This document shows positions 55,490-64,000 of a stretch of 64,000 nucleotides of DNA, piece after piece. Every line of letters starts with the position of its first letter. Positions within the stretch are counted from its first letter, which is position 1. Both the position numbers and the translations under genes were made by a program. The notes beneath the pieces are model-generated. The model searched no databases and was not told the DNA's origin. It saw only the letters and a list, made by a program, of their open reading frames with translations. Source of the stretch: Lama guanicoe (taxonomy: Eukaryota); the NCBI GenBank assembly GCA_013239625.1, contig MU054098.1, positions 2,047,104 to 2,111,103 on the forward strand. Direction: 5' to 3'.

Positions 55490-56200
55490 ATTCATTCATT
55501 TAGTCACTCATTCAGGACACACTTTTTGAGTATCCTATGATACGCTACATTCTGATCTAAATGCTGGGGAAAAAAGATAAAAATACGATTTCTCACCCTA
55601 AAAGGGATAGATATTTATCTACATGTCTGTCAATAAATGTAGATAAATAATTGCCAAACAAGTGTTAAGTGCTACTAACTGAAGGGGAGGGTGGCTAAAT
55701 GATCACATAGAGGGGCTATTAAACAAAGTGGGGTGAGTGGGTGAAGGACTTCATGGGAAAGATTTCTAGAAATGATTCCTAAGATGAGTCTGAGAGATGA
55801 ATAGGGGGAGTTAGTCACCAAAGGCTAAGAGTGTACTAGACAAGAAAGCATGGAAAGCAGGCAGGGCGTGGAGACATGAAAAAACATGGCGCCATCACAA
55901 GAATGATGAATAGAGGTGGCAAAAGGGAGGTGGCAAAAGCTGAAGCTGAAAAGGGAAATACTAATGGGACCTTCTACACCAGGATAAGGAGTTTGGATTT
56001 TATCCTAAAGGAGGGCCACTGAAAGAGAAGTGATATAAACATATTTGTGTTTTTTTAAAGGTTAGTTTGACTAATGTGAAGAGAATGAAAGAGAATAGGG
56101 AGAGACTAGAGATACTTCAATAAACTAGGTGTAGGAAGATCAAGTCCTAAACTAAAGTGATGTGGGGCTGGAGCAGGTGGACGAATTTGAAGGAAGATAT
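55490..56200. mobile_element. L2 fragment (other L2 pieces at about 1940-2420, 21910-22270, 36900-37230, 44830-45620, 59850-61350)
   Basis: cattcattcatttagtcactcattca end and aggagtttggattttatccta...gagagactagag tracts. Boundaries approximate. Confidence 0.65.
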
Positions 56201-56809
56201 TTAGAATATTTTGTTACATACCAGAATTAAAATATCTTCTCAATAATTTTACACTGAGTAAATGTTGAAACGATAACATTTGGGATATATTGGTTTAAAT
56301 AGAGCATATGAAAATTTAAAGAAAGCTATCTAGGATATAGTTCCCAGAGTGCTTGATGTCTCATGGCTATGTGTAGGTGAGGACAAACTAAAATCTTGGT
56401 ATGACCACTCGGGGATGTGGCCTATCACCAAGATGAGGACTCATAGAAATAACAGATAGGAAGGAACTGATGATCAAATTCATGTCAAGTATTGTCTTCC
56501 CCACAGAACTGGATTAAGTGTTTAAGGTAAAGCAAACAGAACATATCTCAGTGGGAGGGAAGCAATGTAATTAGGTATGCAGCATCCCTAAGAACAGGTA
56601 AAACAGAAATGGAACTGGCTCGAACCTCATTTCTATTGTGTAGACACAATAATGCAACTTGAATTTAGGAGAGCTCAGTGTATGGAGAATAGGTCAAGCA
56701 TTTAGGAAAACACAGATCAGTCTCTTTCGAAAAGGCAGTCGGATCAGGTGATCTTTCTTCTCAGGCTAGGGACCCTTCTGGAATTCTGCAGGATGGAATT
56801 TGTGAAAGT

Positions 56810-57335
56810 GATGTGTTTAAGTCCAGCTATTGGCAGGAAACAGATGGCATACTCAAGCAGTGTAGCTAGATGAGCTTAATGAAGGGCCTATTTACGGCAG
56901 TGCAGGTAAACTTAAGAGTATCCACAGTGATGGTGGGGCATATAGAGATTGGTGGGGAGCTGTTATCACTCCCAAAGACCCAAGAGGCAAGGGGAAGAAA
57001 CTGTATTATTGGAACCCAGCAAGAACTATAGCAGTGTGAGAGGGGCTGCCTGATAGGAGCTGTGCCTTTAGGTAGCACAGTGTGGGTTCTGCCTAAAAGC
57101 AACACCGCTGGGAGGGAGACAGGGGCACAAAATCTGTACCTCACTTTCTTCCCACTCTCTGATCTCCCACCAGTGCCCACCATTAGCCAGACCCAGCCAG
57201 ATGCCAGCTGGCAAAAAAAAACATAGCCTGTTGCTGCAGTCCTTTGAGGTCAGCCTCCTTTGTCACAGAGCATGGCAGAGAAGGGCAGAGGGCGGACCTT
57301 GGGGGGTGTGAGCAGCAAATGGAAAATCACAGCTC
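56810..57335 (-). mobile_element. Old MaLR/ERVL-type LTR (MLT1K-like)
   Basis: caggaaacagatggcatactcaa...cccattagccagacccagccagatgccagctggcaa...gaggtcagcctcc...gcaaatggaaaa. Confidence 0.55.
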
Positions 57336-60300
57336 AGTGAATGTTCTTAGCTCCCGATGCTACCATCCCCTAACACATTGCTTCCCAGGAAGTCAATGCT
57401 TTGCTGCCCTCTGTGGCCAAAATACCTGAACACACTGTGAAGTAGTTACACCCTAGAGAGGAGACTGAGCAGGAAAGGGTTAATTCCAAAGAACCATTTT
57501 AAATGTCTGTCACCTTGTATAAGGTATTAGTCGGATTTCCTCTCTTTTTCCAGGTAAAGAGGACAGGATTGAAAAGGGATGTTTTTCCTGTGAAGAAAGC
57601 AGGCCTGCAGGGGCTTATATTCAAAGAGGGATCCAGCCCCTTGTTCAATTTGAATCTAAATTCTTCCCTACCTGTGTCTGGTTTCTTTCCTACCAAGCAT
57701 TGTTTTTGCATAGATGTCTGACTAGCCTGGTTTTTTCCCTGTGGCCTAAAGCAGCCTTTTGGACGCTAAGCCTGCCTCCTCTGGCTGCTGTTAAGCAGAG
57801 AGGAAAGAGAGCCCGTGGGTCAGGGGGAGGGCTGAGGAGTGAAGTGAGGCTCTCAGGGATGGTGGTTTGTTCCGCACCTAGCAGGCTGGTGTGCTCCCCG
57901 CCTGTGCACACAGATGGAGTCCCTAACCACGGGTCCTTTCTGACTCTTGGAACCACTTAGACCTTGTGTGTAGAGGGGTGAGAGGCGTGAGGCTATTCAC
58001 CTGGGCTAGCTCAAAACCAACTGAGTATTTCTTAAGAGTTCATTTAGTAAGACATTCCTTCAGTAAAGAATGCCAGATGGCCAGCAATCACCCAAATGGC
58101 ATGCCTCTGTGCCTGCAGGGTTACAACTTCTCTATCTTGGATGACCCTTGGTATACTACAAGTGTTAAGTCACTCAGCTCTCTCTTGAGTGATGCCCTCT
58201 CCCTAATGTCACCCCTCGTTGCCCCCACTCCCAGAGGAGTAGCTGCGTCCATTGATTTACAGATGCTGGTGACTTCTAAGCAGTGGGTTCTCATCTTGCA
58301 AGAGCATGTGCCCTGATCCAAGATGGGCAGGCTCTGGCTTCTGGGAAAGGGAGTTCTGGTCTCTGCAAGAGTAAGTGGTAATATGAGGTTTGGGCTGGAT
58401 GAGGGGAAGTCCTGAGAGGATGAGAGGGTGAGGAAACTGCTGGAAAGCACGAGCTTTATAAACTGGCCAACAAGTTGCACTATGAGGGAGGGTCTGGCCC
58501 CTTCAGAGTGTGATAAAGATCTCTTCTTCAGTTGGACATTCACTTTTGGTGGAAATACTAATATGGAGAAGCTTCAGGATTGTATTTGGTCCCAAGGCAG
58601 CCTGTCAGGGTGGAAAAAAAATGGAAGTTTCAAGAACACTAATAGTGAATGCATTTTGTAAACGATGAAAGGCAACACACTCGGTAGCTTGAGGGGAAAG
58701 GCGTGCTATTTCTAGAACTCATGATCAATCTCCAACCAGGCCTAGGAAAGCTTTCTTAGCAGACGGGAGGCAGGCCCCTTACAAGGCATCATCTCTGCCT
58801 TGTGTCCTCGGTTTAATAGCATTTTCTGAGCTGGAGAGGGGCTGAAGTTGAAGGGTATTTATTACTGGCCTCTCTTTCAGATATAGAGAGATGCATTTTC
58901 AGCATCAATTTTCATTTTGTCTTACACATGAGGTTAGGCTCCCCCAGTGTTGATCTCTTCTCTAAGCGTGACAAACCCCCGCTGAGTCTTCCACACTAAC
59001 AGCAAATAAACAGTTGCTATGTGTGCACACAAATGATTTAGATTTTCATTATACAGAGCTGCTGATATATCAGGAGGCAGAAGTGGGGAGAGACAAAATG
59101 CTTGGTTTTGACTTCAGCATTGTCTCCTTCTCCCTCCCTCTTTATCCAGGAAGGAGGCCCCAGATAACAGAACTCAGAGGAGGGGGCATCGAGGCCAGCT
59201 GGCATCCACGGGGCAGCCCACGATGTGCGCTCCCTTTCATGTAGTGCCTCTACTTCCTAAAGATGTGGTGGCAACTACAGAAAGGAAACAAAGCTCGTAG
59301 AAAGATCAAGGAGGAAGAAAGAGGGCTCGACAGGTAAATATTGGAATCATTCCAGAGACACATTGCTTCCTCTCACTGTGGCCTATTAGAATCTCATTTG
59401 GGGAATTTTGCAATTCTTTCTGAGATATCTCTTTGTATCTTCTGAGCTAAAATACTGCCCTCTTCTAAACAACATGGTAAAGTGAAGACAGTCCAGGCTT
59501 TAGAGTCAGACAGACAGATCAAGGTTTGAATCCCAGCCCAAACATTTCTGAGCTGTGTGTCTTTGGGCAAGTTACTTAACTTCTCTGAGTTCACAAAACT
59601 TTCTTAAGCCAGTATCTCCTATCTGCTGTTGGTCTCCACACTCCCCAGAGCTTCAGAAGGCATTTACTATCCAGTGGCCCCACACCTTTCAGTTTGCACT
59701 GATAATTCTAACACAGTAATTTTTAATTCTGGTTCACATTAGAATGCTCTGAGGGGCTTTTTAAAAAGGTTGATGCCTATGTCCCACCCCAGTCCAACTG
59801 AGTCAGAATCTCTGGGGGCCACTAGACCATAGTGCCCCATCTTCATTATTGATGCCATCTGCTGACCTCGTAAGCATCGCTCATTCATTGATGACTTCAG
59901 CACCTGGCTCACTTTCTTTTTTTCCATCCCTGTTGCTATCATCCTTTTGGAAACTTCAACATCCACGTGAACCTCTTTGCCAACTTCTTGGCCTCTATAT
60001 TCTTTGACTTCCTTACCTCCAATGACATTTTTCTTCTACCCAACCTCTGCCACTCCCACTATTGACATTGGCAATAAATTCACCATCACCAAAATCCAGA
60101 TTTGAAGCCTCCCATTCCTGATCAACATTTCTTATCCTTTCAGCTCATGTTTTTAATATTCCCTTTTTATCAACTCTTTGATCCCATCCTACTTACCCAA
60201 TCTAGAGTCCATAGTTCATCAATGTAACCACCTCTTGAATAAATATTCCACTCTTTTGCCCCCGACTCACACTATAACATATTTGTCCAACAAAATCTTA

Positions 60301-60439
60301 ATCCTGGTTAAATTAAATAATCCACCTGCTCCCAACTGTTGACAAAGAGAAACAATTGTTCTTGCACACTTTCTCTGTCTACACCCACTCCCTTGATGAG
60401 TTCATCCAATCTCATGGCTTTAAATATTATCTACACTCT

Positions 60440-60760
60440 TGCTACTCAAAGTATGAGCTGTAGTCTAAAAGCATTAGAGATTTAGACTCTCGGGCCCCAC
60501 CCCAGACCTACTGAATCATAATCTGCAGTTTAACAAGATCCTCAAGTGATTCATATGCATTAAAGTTTGAGAAGCACTGATCTATGCAAGTGGTTCTCAG
60601 CTCTGATTGGGAATTAGAATCAGCCGGAGAGTTAAAACTCTGCTTATGCCTAGGCCTACTTTCAGAGGTTCTAATTAATTGATCTAGGGTAGGGCCCGGA
60701 CATACATAAATTTTATGTCATTGTGTGGTTTTAATATGTAGCAATAATTGAGAACAACTG
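60440..60760. mobile_element. Two adjacent MER5A-like MITEs (others at about 7830, 18240, 18880, 20370, 35460, 59700)
   Basis: cccagacctactgaatcataatctgcagtttaacaagatccctcaagtgattc...ttgagaagcactg, followed by gtggttctcag...ttgagaacaactg. Confidence 0.75.
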
Positions 60761-62049
60761 ACTTAATTATTGATGACTCCCAAGTTAATATCTCTAAGCC
60801 AAATTTCTCCTATGAAACCCAGGCTCATAAGTTCAACTACATACTCCACAACTCTACTTGGATGTCCAATAAACTTGACATATTGTACATATCCACAACC
60901 AAGATTCAAACCTTTCTCCTTAAATATGCTCCTTGTAAATTTTCTCCATCTTAGTAAGTAGATGGCACCATATTTACCTGGTTTCCCCCTACCTCCTAGG
61001 GTGGCTCTTCTCATTTTTTTCTGGCTCTTCTGCCTCTGTTCTGCCTCTTAATGTTAAAATGCTCTAAGGTACATTGCTCAAGTTACTTCCCCAGGTGATC
61101 TCATCTCTGTGCTGATGACAGTGCGATTTAAACACAGTCAGATTGCTCAAATTTAACCTGTGCAAAAGAAAATTATAGGTTTCTTCCCCCTTCTCCAAAA
61201 AGTTGCTCCCACCCAAAATTTGGAAATAATCTTTGATTTCTTTCTTTCCCTTGGTGCCTACCTCCAATCTCATGTGCAAGTTCTATCACTTCTACCTACA
61301 AAATATATTCCTTATCTTCCTACTTCTCTTATCTCTACTACAATCATCCTAAGACATTAATGATTTAAAATGTCTTAGCAATATGGGACTAAAAGGGGAT
61401 ATTCTAACCTGATAATGGATATCTATCAAGCCTTCATCTAACATCATACTAAATAATGAATTTTAGAAACATTCTAATTTAAGTCAGAAAAAATGGGAAC
61501 TATTTCAGTGTACAATAACAACTAAAAGTATAAGGTACCTAAGACCAAGTCTAACAAAAGATGCAGAAAAGTCACAAAACATTATTGAAGGGCATGGGGA
61601 AAGACTAAAAGGAAAGATCGGTTTTATGGCTGGAAAGACTGGATATCTCAGTAAGTCAGTTCTCTCTAAAGGAATCTGTAAATTTCACACAGTTCCAATA
61701 AATATCCCCCTTTTTTTTAGTGTTAACTTTACTTGCTGATTTTCATATTTGTATTCAGATATCAGCACTTAATGGAAAGCTATAGTGATTAACAAGTGTA
61801 ATATCGACAACCTAACCGCAAGGGAGTCTGGAAGAGAAAGGTAACATATAGATCATGATGTGAAGAGTCTCAGCTATAGTGGTCAGACCTTCGGTGCTTT
61901 GGTCTCCTTCCGTCCCTTCCTCAAGCCCTCAGAATGTCTTTAATATCTCATAATTTTCTTATTCCACACTTTTTGCTTCTGGAAATTAGATTCATTCTTG
62001 GTCATTTAAAATGTGCAGTTCCTTTTGTTTAAGACGTCCTACGCATCCA

Positions 62050-63143
62050 AGCAGTGCAGTCCCCTCTTGTCACCCTATATGCTCTAGGGGTTTCCCCTGT
62101 GAGGGCCGCCGTGGTCCTGTTGTGGCTGGCTGACTACGCGGGCAGTCTGATAGGCTTGGTTGGCCCCCAGTCCGGTTGGTTGCCAGCCCCTGCCTTGGGC
62201 GGACAGAGGCTGCTGGGTGTTGGTTGGTGGGGCTGGGTCACAGGCGGTTGACTGTAGAACCCCAGGGGGCCCTGGGTCTAGTGCCGGCTCACTGATGGGT
62301 GGAGTCAGGATCCAGAAGACTCCGGGGCTGCTGCCCGCCCAGTGGTGGGTGAAGCCAGGTCCTGAGGTTACTGCCGGCCTAATGGCAATCAGAGCCAGGT
62401 CCTGGAGTCTAGTTGCAGGGCCCAGGGTTCCCAGAGCAGGTGTCAGATCACCAGTGGGGGCAGGGGTTCCTGACACAGTTGGGTATGGGGGTTTGGGGTG
62501 TCCCGAAGCTTGTGTTGGTCGGCTAGTAGGTAGGACTGGGGCTCAGCTGGTGTTAGGACAGGGTTTGGCCTATTGGTGGACAGGCTGAGTCTGCAGGCTA
62601 TGCGATTACGGTTTTGCTGGTCTGGAGTCTGCCCCCTGGTGGGTGAGGCTGCTACAGAAGCTAGAGCAGGTTTCCCGGAGGGCAGGGCTGGCGCCCAAGG
62701 GATTCTGGGACTGGTGCCTGCCCACTGGTGGGTGGAGCCAGGTCCTAGGCGCCCTGGTGAACGGGGCTGGAGGCTTAGTGGGTCTTAAGGCACTTTGTCT
62801 GCTGACGAGCTGGGCTGTGTTCTTGCCTAGTTAGTTGATTGGCCTCACGTGCTGCAGCACTAGCGCCTACAGGCTGCTGGGCCACGGCAGGGCTGAGTCC
62901 TGGGGCTAATAAGCTACAGGGAGGAGCACCAGGGTCCACCTGGTAGAAAGAGCTCCCGAAATGGCTGCCGCCAGTGCCTGCTCCGGGGTTGCTGCAGTTG
63001 CCTCCTGCCTCTCCCAGAGGCTCTCCAAGATCAGCAGGTAGGTCTGACCCAGGCTCCTATCCACTTACTGCTTCTGCCCTAGGTTCCAGAGCATGTGAGA
63101 TTTTGTGTGTGCCCTTTAAGAGTGAAGTTTCTATTTCCCTTAG
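62050..63143 (-). mobile_element. GC-rich L1 5'-region fragment (probable)
   Basis: Abrupt GC/CpG-rich block ending gcatgtgagattttgtgtgtgccctttaagagtgaagtttctatttccc, which resembles antisense L1 5'UTR sequence as I recall it. The overlapping ORFs are low-information. Confidence 0.55.
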
Positions 63144-64000
63144 TCTAATAACCATATCTCTGTCTCAGCTTCCTTGCCGCCAACCCCCAAAATGTAAAAC
63201 CCGTTTGGCCTGAACTTCATACAGTTCATCTCTCTTTTCTAGGTCAGACATGCCCTTATTATTTATACAAAATTCTGACTCAGTGGCATTCCAGGATCCT
63301 GAATCAAACTCTAAAGTCTTTGGAATACAACCTAGGAAAAAGGACCTTTCTCATTGTTATGCAAACTCTCTCCTCCTCTCTCTGACACTATCCTTCCCCA
63401 CAGATATCTACACTCTTTTCACAGTTCTGCTCTCTCAGCCAGGACAAGCACATCTCCACACCATACTTTTAAGCTTGAGCCAGCAGTAATGTAGAATGTT
63501 AACTCATTAACAACAAAATTGTCTTTCCTTACTTGCTCTAATCTCTTACCAGACTAAGTTGGATTTCAATTAGCAAATTTAAAGCAAGAGGTTTTTCTTT
63601 TCTTTTTTTTGCATAGCCATTCTTGCAGGGTAGTTAGTTGGAAAGCTCAAAAGAATCCATGTAAATAGCCATGGCGTATATACATGTGATACGTGTAAAG
63701 TGTAACTCAAGTATAGGGTGAAGGTATAATATGAGGGCCGTCCTCAGTAATTTATCTTTCCTTGGTTGCTTTTAGAAAGAAAAAGGCAAGAATCCTCATA
63801 CACGTGAAATTTCAAGAACTTCTTATCATTTGCATGGTTGGCATACTACCATTCAAACATAATCATATTTCTTTTCCACCTCTATTGGGTTCTGAAGAAT
63901 AATGCATATTTCTTTTCTTCTGTAAGTCACAGCAGTGCGTGGGCGGTATAGCCCTCTATCCAACCTGATTCCCATTTGCACCATTACTTTAACATATCCT

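Noticed and set aside
62054..63213. Cluster of overlapping ORFs (up to 142 aa)
   Set aside because: Expected from high GC content. No recognisable domain or splice structure.

Overview
Mammalian genomic DNA, about 64 kb, containing one protein-coding gene on the + strand: LHFPL1 (LHFPL tetraspan family; X-linked in human). It has three coding exons (14327-14708, 24447-24545, 54068-54249) with canonical GT-AG junctions that join into 663 nt = 220 aa + stop. There is a poly(A) signal at 54885 and a probable non-coding first exon/promoter near 6.5-6.9 kb next to a (CA)19(GA)22 microsatellite. The rest is intronic or intergenic and rich in repeats: L1, tRNA-derived SINEs resembling camelid Vic-1, MIR, L2, MaLR LTRs and hAT MITEs. 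A camelid source is likely but is an inference. Repeat subfamily names are from memory, not from a database search. The most unusual structures are (1) a perfect 113-bp-arm inverted repeat with a 26-nt spacer inside an old decayed L1 in intron 3 (26186-26437), and (2) a TSD-bounded, once full-length sense L1 (45754-53027) containing a nested antisense L1, a third L1 inside that, and a SINE. I see no evidence of a new multi-gene system. Almost all other ORFs in the track are spurious or L1 debris.
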